Below, piece after piece: positions 8,702-17,201 of a stretch of 64,000 nucleotides of DNA. The notes below the pieces were generated by a model. The model was not told where the DNA came from and made no database searches. It saw nothing but the letters and a program-made list of their open reading frames with translations. The stretch is taken from assembly GCA_039796155.1 (NCBI GenBank), contig JBDKKJ010000002.1:97161-161160 (forward strand), written 5' to 3'. This DNA comes from Candidatus Parcubacteria bacterium. Lineage in GTDB: Bacteria > Patescibacteriota > Minisyncoccia > Phycocordibacterales > UBA6065. Numbering within the stretch: the stretch's first letter is position 1; every line of letters begins with the position of its first letter. The translations under genes were made by a program, and so were the position numbers.

Positions 8702-10600
8702 ATGAAAATTTCATCAAAGATTGCTGTAGGTGCATTGAGCCTTGCTCTTGCTTTCTCAGTATCTTCAGGCGTTTCTGCACAGACTATGTCTTATGCAGAT
8801 CTTATCAAGGCTTTCGTTGCTGCTGGTATCATTTCTGCTGACAAGGCAGCTATGGCAACAGCACTTGTCTCTTCAACAGCTTCAACTTCATTCTCTAAGG
8901 ACCTTACAGTAGGTTCATCAGGTTCTGAAGTTTCAGCTCTTCAGGCGGCTATCGGAGTTACACCAGCTACTGGTTACTTCGGTTCAGTAACAAAGTCAGC
9001 AGTTATGAAGTTCCAGGCTTCAAAGGGAATTTCAGCAACAGGTTTCGTTGGACCACTCACACGAGCTGCTCTTAACGGATCAGGTTCATCTGTAGTAACA
9101 GCTCCAGTTGTAACTACTCCAGGTACAACTTCAGTTGTTAACTCAGGTGTAGAAGGTACACTCACTGTTGACCGATTCTCAATCTCAAACACAACAGCGT
9201 ACGAAGGTGACTCAATGGTTCCTGTCCTTGCTATCAAGCTCCAGGCAAAACTTTCTGACCTCACAGTTCAGCGCGTTAAGCTTGATCTCGGAACTTCAAC
9301 TTCAATCTACACAAAGGTCTACAAGACTCTCTATGTAGTTGACGATGCAGGTAAGGTTGTTGCTCAGGCAGACCTTAACTCAAACACAGTTGTAAAGAAC
9401 GACACACAGTATGAAATCACTTTCGGTGGTTTCAGCTACGTTATTGCTAAGGACTCTTCAAAGGTTCTTACTATAAAGGCAGATGTTTACAGCTCTGTAA
9501 AGCCGGCAGATCAGGGTTCACGAACAATCCGACTTGCAGGTACAGACAAGGGTGTTCGAGCGGTTGACGGTGCAGGTATCGACCAGTACGCTGGTGGAAC
9601 AACTGTAACTCAGTCAGTTACGATCTCAACAACACTTGCTGATTCAGCAACAATGAATCTTTCGACAAACTCTTCAAACTACAAGACAACTGAAGTTATC
9701 GCTTCAGCTGGCTCAAGTGAAGATGAACTCGACAAGCTCGCTGTTCTCGCTTTTGACCTTAAGGCAAACAAGGCAGACCTCGATGTCACAGACCTCGAAG
9801 TTCGCTTTACTTCTTCAGGTTCAACAGCTACAACAACTACTGCTTACCTCTACGACGGGTCAACTCTTATCTCAACTGAATCAATCAACGCTGGCGTTGC
9901 TTCATTCAACGATACGAACCGACTCTTCTCTGTAGCAAAGGATGCAACAAAGACACTCACAGTTAAGGTTGATGTTCGAGGTGCAACAGCATCACAGACA
10001 ACTATCGCAGCTAACGTGCTCGCATCAGGTGTATCAGCTGAAAATGCTTCAAGCGAATCAAAGACTGTTTCTGGTTCAGCTACTGGCGAGAACATGGTTA
10101 TCCGAAATGTCGGACCAGTATTCTCACTCGTAAGCAAGGGTATTTCAGTTAGCGGTACAAACAACTCAGGTACAACTCTCTCAACATCTACAATCACAGC
10201 GACATTCTCGCTCCAGATTCAGGCATTGGGTGGAGACATTAGCTTCGGTTCACAGGCTTCAGCAACACCTATGTTTGGATTCAAGATCTACGACGTAGCT
10301 GGTACTGATGTAAGTGCTGCTGCAGGTGCAGGTGCAACTACAACTGGTTTCACTATCCCTTCATCAGGTGTAGTAACTCCAGTAAACGGAGATGCAGCTT
10401 CATTCACACTCCAGGAAAACAATACAGTTACTCTTAATCCGATTACTGTAACTATCCCTGGTAAGACAGCTGCTGGTATCCAGCCTCAGGCTGCGGTTTC
10501 TGTAGGTATCAGCTCAATCAAGTGGATTGGAACTGTTCCTCAGACTTCAACATTCATGGCAGGTAAGACTGAATGGAGAACAAATACACAGACTCCTTAA
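8702..10600 (+). CDS. Secreted surface protein: signal peptide + peptidoglycan-binding (PG_binding_1-like) domain + S/T-rich beta-sandwich repeats
   Basis: Signal peptide MKISSKIAVGALSLALAFSVSSGVSAQ. GSSGSEVSALQAAIGV..GYFGSVTKSAVMKFQASKGISATGFVGPLTRAAL matches the PG-binding repeat. The remainder is low-complexity T/S/V-rich with two internally similar domains of about 90 aa. Confidence 0.65.
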   Translation: MKISSKIAVGALSLALAFSVSSGVSAQTMSYADLIKAFVAAGIISADKAAMATALVSSTASTSFSKDLTVGSSGSEVSALQAAIGVTPATGYFGSVTKSAVMKFQASKGISATGFVGPLTRAALNGSGSSVVTAPVVTTPGTTSVVNSGVEGTLTVDRFSISNTTAYEGDSMVPVLAIKLQAKLSDLTVQRVKLDLGTSTSIYTKVYKTLYVVDDAGKVVAQADLNSNTVVKNDTQYEITFGGFSYVIAKDSSKVLTIKADVYSSVKPADQGSRTIRLAGTDKGVRAVDGAGIDQYAGGTTVTQSVTISTTLADSATMNLSTNSSNYKTTEVIASAGSSEDELDKLAVLAFDLKANKADLDVTDLEVRFTSSGSTATTTTAYLYDGSTLISTESINAGVASFNDTNRLFSVAKDATKTLTVKVDVRGATASQTTIAANVLASGVSAENASSESKTVSGSATGENMVIRNVGPVFSLVSKGISVSGTNNSGTTLSTSTITATFSLQIQALGGDISFGSQASATPMFGFKIYDVAGTDVSAAAGAGATTTGFTIPSSGVVTPVNGDAASFTLQENNTVTLNPITVTIPGKTAAGIQPQAAVSVGISSIKWIGTVPQTSTFMAGKTEWRTNTQTP

Positions 10601-10655
10601 TACGGAATCTGAGTATCGATCAAGTGCTAGTCCGCAAGGATTAACATAAGGTTAG

Positions 10656-10688
10656 AAAAACACCACATCGAAAGATGTGGTGTTTTTC
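10656..10688 (+). terminator. Intrinsic terminator after surface-protein gene
   Basis: acaccacatc-gaaa-gatgtggtgt followed by ttttt. This shows that track start 10675 lies inside the hairpin. Confidence 0.7.
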
Positions 10689-10734
10689 GTTGTCTAAAAC
10701 TCTAAGATGGCAATTGATTGTGTATAATAAGGCT

Positions 10735-11727
10735 ATGAAGAAAGATACACGCGAGCAGGGTTTTGCACTAAAGTTAATGGTTATTGTTGTTGGTGTTTGT
10801 ATTATATTTATCGTTCTTGCTGGACTTGCAAGTCGTATTGGCTTGGGTACAGGATCTCTTTCGCCAAGTATTCTAACTAACTACAATCCTTCAAGTGATA
10901 TTGAATCACGGACAAATCCTATGCTTGATTTTGGTAACGATTCTGGGTTTGTGAGTTCGGACAATAGTTCAGCACGATCTGTCCCTAACACAGATGGTAC
11001 AGGTAAGTCGCCATACTACGGTAAGGTAAATATGTCAGTCGGTAATTCCTATACAATCCAGCCGTCTGATGAGTATTTGATTCTTACAAACAATACAGCT
11101 GTTCCAGTTAACATAACAGGCTGGGCGTTTCTAAACAGTAAGGGTAGTAGGCCAATTCAGAATAGTGGCAATAGTTATTTTTATCCAAGTCCCGACACTG
11201 CAATTATAGGAAAGGGTACTGAGTTCCTTAATTCAAACGGAGTGTTCAATACGGGCCCGATTATGCTTAAAAGCGGGGATACTGCGTATGTTGTCACAGG
11301 CAAAAACTTTGCACAGTTTCCGTTTTCAATCTGGACTTCGTTCCGTGAAAATATATGTCTAGGGTATCTAGAAAATTATCCGTTCACTCCGCGTGTAAAC
11401 CTCGCGTGTCCTGCTTTGGTTAACGATCCGTTGGTAAAAACTTTAACTGATGAATGTTACGACTATGTCGCAACTCTTGGTCGTTGTGAAAATCCAGAAA
11501 AGAATAACAGGAAAGTGTACGATCAGCAGCCGTCACACTGCAAGAACTTTATTGCTGCTCGGGTGGGGTATGCACAGTGTGTTGCTCAAAACTCAAATGT
11601 GAATGGATTCTCACTTAATCAATGGCGAATTTTCCTTGGTCAGAGTAAGGAGATGTGGGCTTTGCAAAGAGAAACTATTACTCTCTACGATGCGAAGGGA
11701 CTTATTGTAAGTCAGCTAAGTTATTAA
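10735..11727 (+). CDS. Membrane-anchored protein with lamin-tail-domain (LTD)-like region and Cys-rich C-terminus
   Basis: Start re-called at ATG 10735 (MKKDTREQGFALKLMVIVVGVCIIFIVLAGL is a TM anchor). ..EYLILTNNTAVPVNITGWAFLNSKG.. is LTD-like. The C-terminal region has 8 Cys. Confidence 0.5.
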   Translation: MKKDTREQGFALKLMVIVVGVCIIFIVLAGLASRIGLGTGSLSPSILTNYNPSSDIESRTNPMLDFGNDSGFVSSDNSSARSVPNTDGTGKSPYYGKVNMSVGNSYTIQPSDEYLILTNNTAVPVNITGWAFLNSKGSRPIQNSGNSYFYPSPDTAIIGKGTEFLNSNGVFNTGPIMLKSGDTAYVVTGKNFAQFPFSIWTSFRENICLGYLENYPFTPRVNLACPALVNDPLVKTLTDECYDYVATLGRCENPEKNNRKVYDQQPSHCKNFIAARVGYAQCVAQNSNVNGFSLNQWRIFLGQSKEMWALQRETITLYDAKGLIVSQLSY

Positions 11728-11783
11728 CAGTTAGTTTTTTGTCTTTTATTTTTTTTTGATGGCCTTTGTCGGATGATGGGTGA

Positions 11784-13037
11784 ATGAATCCAAGAAAAAT
11801 AAAAATAGTAGGTGGTCTTTTTTGTGTTTGCACCTTGCTGCCTTTACAGGTTTTCGGTCAAATTGTGCTGACGGAGATTATGTATGACGTAGAGGGGACC
11901 GATATAGGGAGGGAATGGGTTGAAGTTCAAAATACAGGAAGTTCCGCAGTGGATCTTTCCTTGTGGAAATTTTTTGAGGCCAACACAGCTCACAAGCTTG
12001 TGCCTTTAGGTGATACAGCGGTGCCACCATCGGGTTTCGCGGTTATTACAGACAATGCTGACAAGTTTAAAGCAGATAACCCTGGATTCTCGGGACCACT
12101 TTTTGATAGTACGTTCTCACTGAGTAATGAAGGGGAGACTTTGGTAATTAAGGATCCGGCCGGCGCCGACAGCGATTCGGTGACGTACCAGCCTGCGCTT
12201 GGCGGCGCCGGCGATGGCACCACACTGCAGAAAACCACCAGTGGATGGATTTCCGCACCTAGAACCCCAGGGTCTGCTACGACAGCGACCGAATCAGCAC
12301 CAACAAGCTCTACACCTGCAACAAGCACTCCGATTGGTACCACTGAAGACACTGAAACAAGTGAGGCAAAAGATATTCCTACTGTCATAGACACTCTCTC
12401 AACGCATTCAAGCCAATCTGTTGCACTTGTGGCACAAGACAAAGAAGAGTTTCAGGTAACGGCAGGCAGATCACGTCTTGGTTTTGTGGGAGTACCCTTA
12501 ATTTTTGAGGGAAAAATAAAAATAGCAAAAAACACAAGTTCCGGCTCACTTCAGGGGGTGTGGTCATTGGGTGATGGCACCGAACAGACAGGGGATCGGG
12601 TAAGCCATGTTTATGAATTTCCAGGTGATTATATCGTGGTGCTAAACTCCTCACTCGGTAACTCATCGGCAGTTACAAAAGTAAAAGTAAGGATACTCGA
12701 TCCGCAAGTTGGTCTAGCTTTAAGCGGTGAACACTCTGTTGAGATTAAGAACGAATTAAATTCAGAGCTAAATATTGGTGGCTGGATTCTTGAAACAGCA
12801 AGCAAGAGATTTATTGTTCCACGAGATACTCTCATAGCCAAAAAATCAGCAATAAAGATATCGCTCAACGTGGGTGGTCTCTATCCTGTAAAAGAGTACG
12901 TGCGATTCGCCAATCCTTCAGGGAAGATTTTGTCGACACTATATGTGTCTCAAGTACGAAAGAGTGAACCTGTCGTCCTTTTACCTGACGGAATCGACTC
13001 AGTACTCTTCATGCGCAAAATTAAAGAAATGCTATGA
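11784..13037 (+). CDS. Secreted LTD - PKD - LTD-like domain protein
   Basis: Signal peptide MNPRKIKIVGGLFCVCTLLPLQVFG. The LTD is ..IVLTEIMYDVEGTDIGREWVEVQNTGSSAVDLSLWKF.....GFAVITDNADKF...FSLSNEGETLVIKD. The PKD motif is WSLGDGTEQTGDRVSHVYEFPGDYIVVLN. A second LTD-like stretch is VEIKNELNSELNIGGWILE. Confidence 0.7.
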   Translation: MNPRKIKIVGGLFCVCTLLPLQVFGQIVLTEIMYDVEGTDIGREWVEVQNTGSSAVDLSLWKFFEANTAHKLVPLGDTAVPPSGFAVITDNADKFKADNPGFSGPLFDSTFSLSNEGETLVIKDPAGADSDSVTYQPALGGAGDGTTLQKTTSGWISAPRTPGSATTATESAPTSSTPATSTPIGTTEDTETSEAKDIPTVIDTLSTHSSQSVALVAQDKEEFQVTAGRSRLGFVGVPLIFEGKIKIAKNTSSGSLQGVWSLGDGTEQTGDRVSHVYEFPGDYIVVLNSSLGNSSAVTKVKVRILDPQVGLALSGEHSVEIKNELNSELNIGGWILETASKRFIVPRDTLIAKKSAIKISLNVGGLYPVKEYVRFANPSGKILSTLYVSQVRKSEPVVLLPDGIDSVLFMRKIKEML

Positions 13038-16000
13038 TTAATCCATGTTCGACAAAACTTTCTTCAAGTTTGCGTTGGGATTCACTGCGATTGTTGCCTT
13101 TAGTATGGGGGCAATTTATATTAGTAACCATCTTTCAAGCCAGACCGACTCAAACCAAGCGGCTGTATCTCGTTAAGTTTTTTGTAATTAGTATTCTTAT
13201 TTTCTGCTCTCTAAAAGCATCCATTGCGGATGCTTTTGTTGTTTCTCCACACGAAATATTCACAGACACCACGTGGAGTAAGGTTGAGGGACCCTACCTT
13301 GTTCCATGGCCACTTACTATTCACGCAGGAGCGACTCTTTCAATTGAGCCTGGGACAGTTGTTGCTCTACAAGGCGCGCCAATATACGTGGAGGGTGCGT
13401 TACGTGTAGGGGATGACGCTTCAGAGAGCGTGGTGTTTGAATCTACTCTTGAATCTGGGATTATTTCGCCTGAAGCTGATCCACCGAACGATACAGCGTA
13501 TCTACAGCTTGTAGTAGAGACCGGGCAGATTGATGTATCGAATGTAGAAATACGTGGTCATCTGTCACTTCGAACACGAAACGGTCGGGTGAAAATAAAC
13601 GCATTGTCCGCTTCGTCGAGTGATATGTATTTTGATGGCTACAGCCAGGCGACTGCAACTGTCATGTTTTTAGATCAAACTGACTTCATTGTTGTATCCA
13701 ACAATAGTTCACTGTCCCTCCAAGGATCTACTATCCATGATGGATATATAAATATTGATACTCAAAGCAGTTTGTCGCTCCAATATACTGAACTTTTTGA
13801 TATTGAAAAAATACGCATTCTGAATCAAAGTTCTTGTGTAGTCGAGTCCGTGTATATCTCTGGTGGCGGCGGTTTTCTAATAAAGAATAAAAGCACTGCG
13901 GCTATCGGTAATTCAGTCGTTGAGAATATTTTCGCTGACTCAGTCTTTTCTGTATCGAATCAATCGAGGATTAATTTTACCGACTCAGCAGTATCACCCT
14001 TATTTTCAAATTTTGTGCTTTTGGTGGATGGTTCGACGCTTGCGGCAACATCAACAGATGTTACAAATATGTTACAAAAGGGGATACAGGCTGTGCGAGA
14101 CGTGTCGGTGCATCTCTATGATGTAACGATAGCTCACACCCTGGCAACCGGATCTTTTGACACTTTTCTTGTGTCTCTTGTTGGATCAACTCTTGTTGCA
14201 TCCAAATCATCGTTTCTTTCTACATCCGGCAATGCTCTGGAACTGTATAACTCAAATACAAAACCGTATTCTACTATTTCTATAAATGATTCGACGATTA
14301 AAGATTACGGTCAGTCGGGAGTGTATGCAGTACAAGCAACGGGAACTATCGAACATACATCAATACGTAATGGTCGAAAGGGAATCGAACACATATTTTC
14401 TCACCTGAATGTTGTGCAATCCTATATTTCTGATAATTCAGAGTATGGAGCCGTGGCGTACGTTCCCTCATATACTCTTTTGGCACAAGATAATTTTTGG
14501 GGAGACTCATCAGGGCCTCATCATGAAGCCATCGCATCCTCGGGTAAAGGTGACACTGTTTCAGATAATGTTCTATTTGCACCATGGCTTTCAAAAGACC
14601 CTTTAAACCCTTGCTGCTCTAGTGTCCTATTTTTACCTGGACTTATGGCAAGTAGGTTGTATGCGTCAAACACAGATGCTAAAGAGGAGAAGTTGTGGGA
14701 ACCCAGTACCCTTGGAGGGGGTCGAATATCAGAATTGCATCTAGATGATATGGGGCAAAGTATGCGCGGTGACATATATACCCGGGATGTAATCGATGAA
14801 ACTCCTTTACCTTTGTTGGGTGTAAATATTTATAAATCATTCACACAAGACATGAGTGAAATAAAGGATTCTAGTCGTATCCAGGATTGGGTGACAATTC
14901 CTTACGATTGGAGGCTGTCCATTTATAACCTACTAGATAAGGGCCTCAATGAAGAAGGTAATATCTTCTACTCACAACCAACTACCTCTCCATACATTCT
15001 TCAAGAGTTTAAACGATTGGCACGTGAATCCAAAACAGGAAGAGTTACAATCGTCGCTCATTCAAATGGAGGACTTGTTGCAAAAGCACTTGCTGTAAAA
15101 TTAAAAGTTCTTGGAATAGATACGCTTATAGATAAAGTTATTTTGGTTGCAGTGCCGCAAATAGGTACACCTCAAGCGGTCGGCGCGTTATTGCACGGTT
15201 TTGGACAAGGTATACCCAAAGACTCTTTTCCATTTCTTGCATCACCAAAACGTATGCAGACGTTTGGCTTTAATATGCCTGGTGCATATGGTCTGTTGCC
15301 GTCTTTTTCATATTTTGCTGCAGTGGGGGATCCTTTAATTACTTTTGACACTTCGCTTATTGCGACGTTTCCCAATTTTTTATATTTTTTGCGTGGACTA
15401 AACCCGCATCTTCTTTCATACAGTCAGTATCTACACGAAGAAATAGATGTATGGATGCCACCACCTCATATTCAGGTGGTACAAATCGGTGGGTGGGGTA
15501 GGGATACGGTGAAAGGCATTTGGTATTACCAAGGTGTTAAAAACAAAAAGCCTATTACACAGTACGAGCCTTTGTTTACTGAGAATGGTGATCAAACGGT
15601 AGTCATTCCAAGCGCTTTGTTTATAGCGACTTCAACTTCAAATATCAGCCGGTATTGGATAAATCTAAAACAGGCAAACAAGGGCTCGTTTATAAAAAAA
15701 TCACATGCAGACATTCTGGAGCTATCTGAAATGAGGAATCTTATTCAGAAGGTCGTACTGAGTGAGCCTGTTGCGAGTATGGATACTATTGCTACATCTT
15801 CACCTGTTTTTGCGGTTGATAAAAAAGTACAAATCCTTCTTCATTCTGAAGCCGCAGAACTTGATATGTATGACGCTGAGGGAAATCACACGGGTATTTC
15901 CACTACAACAGGATTGATAGAGGAGGGTATTCCTAATAGCTCGTATGGGCGACTAGGCAATGTGGTGTATATCCGTGTGTCAGATGATGGTGCTTATGTT

Positions 16001-17188
16001 CCAGTAAGTAAAAAAGCATACGTGACGACGCGTGCACCCACTACTCAAGAAGACTCGTATACCATTGATGTAACTCAAATTGAGGATAATGGTGTTGCCA
16101 CAACCACATCGTTTGTTGACGTATCTGTGACCGGAACAACCACTGCCTCTTTTAGTGTTCCCAAACTTTCAGACGAGACACCAGTTCTTGAGATGGATGT
16201 AAATAACGATGGTCTCATGGACTATCAAATCAAGCATCATGAAAATGATGTACCCGTGATTCCGGCTCGTGAGGCAAGAAGCCCGCAGGGCGGTACCCGT
16301 CGCCACACTATTTCAACTTCAACAATCAAGGTAATTCAGAGGTTGGAGGTGGCTGGCACGGGAGGCAACTTTACTGGCCGGTATTTTCAGTTCACTCCAT
16401 CAACAAGTCAAAAAAATGGTGGTGTAATTCTTACTAATCAGACCGCTTCAGTTTTCAATGCGCTATCGCATGATAAGATGTTACGTGTCAGTTCCTTTTC
16501 GTCTAATTATAAACATATGAAAAAAATACTCGGTGTTATTATTGCTATTGGTATTCTCGGGGGTATCGGGTTTGTGTATGTTGCACGACCCGTTTCAGCA
16601 CCAACACAAGACATTAACACCGCTGTATCTGCAAAGCTTCCTGCGGACTCTGCTACCTCAAGCATGTATCGTATCTCTCAAGAAAAGTCTTTGGTGAAGT
16701 TTACAATGAATGAAATGCTTAACGGTTCACCATTCTTGGTCGTTGGTACAACTACACAAGTTGCCGGTGACATTGCTATTAAGGATGGTAAGTTTCAGAT
16801 AGGTGAGCTCGCTATTAATGCAAAAACACTCGTAACAGATAGTTCAAGTAGAAACGCTGCTATTGCACGATTTATTCTAAAGTCGGAAACACCGGGTAAC
16901 GAATTCATCACCTTTAAGCCAACATCAAACAACCTTTCAGGTTCAGTTGAGGTGGGGAAGATCGTTTATTTTAACCTTTCTGGAGACCTCACTATTTCAG
17001 GTGTTACAAAGCCTGTAACGTTTACTACAAGCGCAGTTGTAAGCAATACTCAAATCGTAGGTACCGCTGAGACTACTATAAAAAGATCTGACTTTAATCT
17101 TAAGATCCCGAACCTCTCGTTTATTGCGAATGTGGACGATGCTTTTCCTGTGACAATATCGATTGTTGCTGACAGAATAATGCAATAA
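13034..17188 (+). CDS. Giant 1384-aa protein: right-handed beta-helix region + LCAT/PGAP1-like alpha/beta-hydrolase (lipase/acyltransferase) + TM segment + C-terminal YceI-like lipid-binding domain
   Basis: ATGA overlap with the upstream stop. Residues about 70-500 are repetitive N/S/T/V-rich beta-helix-like repeats. The lipase part has ..VLFLPGLMASRLY.., nucleophile elbow VTIVAHSNGGLVA, ..ENGDQTVVIPSAL.. and ..KKSHADILE.. (a putative Ser-Asp-His triad). A TM segment KKILGVIIAIGILGGIGFVYV follows. The YceI-like tail is ..SLVKFTMNE...VAGDI....INAKTLVTDSSSRNAAI......EFITFK....GDLTISGVTKPVTF....IKRSDFNLKIP. Confidence 0.7.
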   Translation: MINPCSTKLSSSLRWDSLRLLPLVWGQFILVTIFQARPTQTKRLYLVKFFVISILIFCSLKASIADAFVVSPHEIFTDTTWSKVEGPYLVPWPLTIHAGATLSIEPGTVVALQGAPIYVEGALRVGDDASESVVFESTLESGIISPEADPPNDTAYLQLVVETGQIDVSNVEIRGHLSLRTRNGRVKINALSASSSDMYFDGYSQATATVMFLDQTDFIVVSNNSSLSLQGSTIHDGYINIDTQSSLSLQYTELFDIEKIRILNQSSCVVESVYISGGGGFLIKNKSTAAIGNSVVENIFADSVFSVSNQSRINFTDSAVSPLFSNFVLLVDGSTLAATSTDVTNMLQKGIQAVRDVSVHLYDVTIAHTLATGSFDTFLVSLVGSTLVASKSSFLSTSGNALELYNSNTKPYSTISINDSTIKDYGQSGVYAVQATGTIEHTSIRNGRKGIEHIFSHLNVVQSYISDNSEYGAVAYVPSYTLLAQDNFWGDSSGPHHEAIASSGKGDTVSDNVLFAPWLSKDPLNPCCSSVLFLPGLMASRLYASNTDAKEEKLWEPSTLGGGRISELHLDDMGQSMRGDIYTRDVIDETPLPLLGVNIYKSFTQDMSEIKDSSRIQDWVTIPYDWRLSIYNLLDKGLNEEGNIFYSQPTTSPYILQEFKRLARESKTGRVTIVAHSNGGLVAKALAVKLKVLGIDTLIDKVILVAVPQIGTPQAVGALLHGFGQGIPKDSFPFLASPKRMQTFGFNMPGAYGLLPSFSYFAAVGDPLITFDTSLIATFPNFLYFLRGLNPHLLSYSQYLHEEIDVWMPPPHIQVVQIGGWGRDTVKGIWYYQGVKNKKPITQYEPLFTENGDQTVVIPSALFIATSTSNISRYWINLKQANKGSFIKKSHADILELSEMRNLIQKVVLSEPVASMDTIATSSPVFAVDKKVQILLHSEAAELDMYDAEGNHTGISTTTGLIEEGIPNSSYGRLGNVVYIRVSDDGAYVPVSKKAYVTTRAPTTQEDSYTIDVTQIEDNGVATTTSFVDVSVTGTTTASFSVPKLSDETPVLEMDVNNDGLMDYQIKHHENDVPVIPAREARSPQGGTRRHTISTSTIKVIQRLEVAGTGGNFTGRYFQFTPSTSQKNGGVILTNQTASVFNALSHDKMLRVSSFSSNYKHMKKILGVIIAIGILGGIGFVYVARPVSAPTQDINTAVSAKLPADSATSSMYRISQEKSLVKFTMNEMLNGSPFLVVGTTTQVAGDIAIKDGKFQIGELAINAKTLVTDSSSRNAAIARFILKSETPGNEFITFKPTSNNLSGSVEVGKIVYFNLSGDLTISGVTKPVTFTTSAVVSNTQIVGTAETTIKRSDFNLKIPNLSFIANVDDAFPVTISIVADRIMQ

Positions 17189-17201
17189 GAGTTACACAAA
17201 T

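Noticed and set aside
13045-13176. 43-aa ORF (MFDKTFFKFALGFTAIVAFSMGAIYISNHLSS...) in the +2 frame, overlapping the first 140 nt of the giant gene. It looks like a better signal anchor than the annotated N-terminus, so I considered a frameshift or mis-called start.
   Set aside because: The main frame has a typical ATGA coupling to the upstream stop and its own hydrophobic segment (KFFVISILIFCSLKASIADA). Without reads or orthologs, a frameshift cannot be supported. Flagged only as a caveat on the 13034 start.
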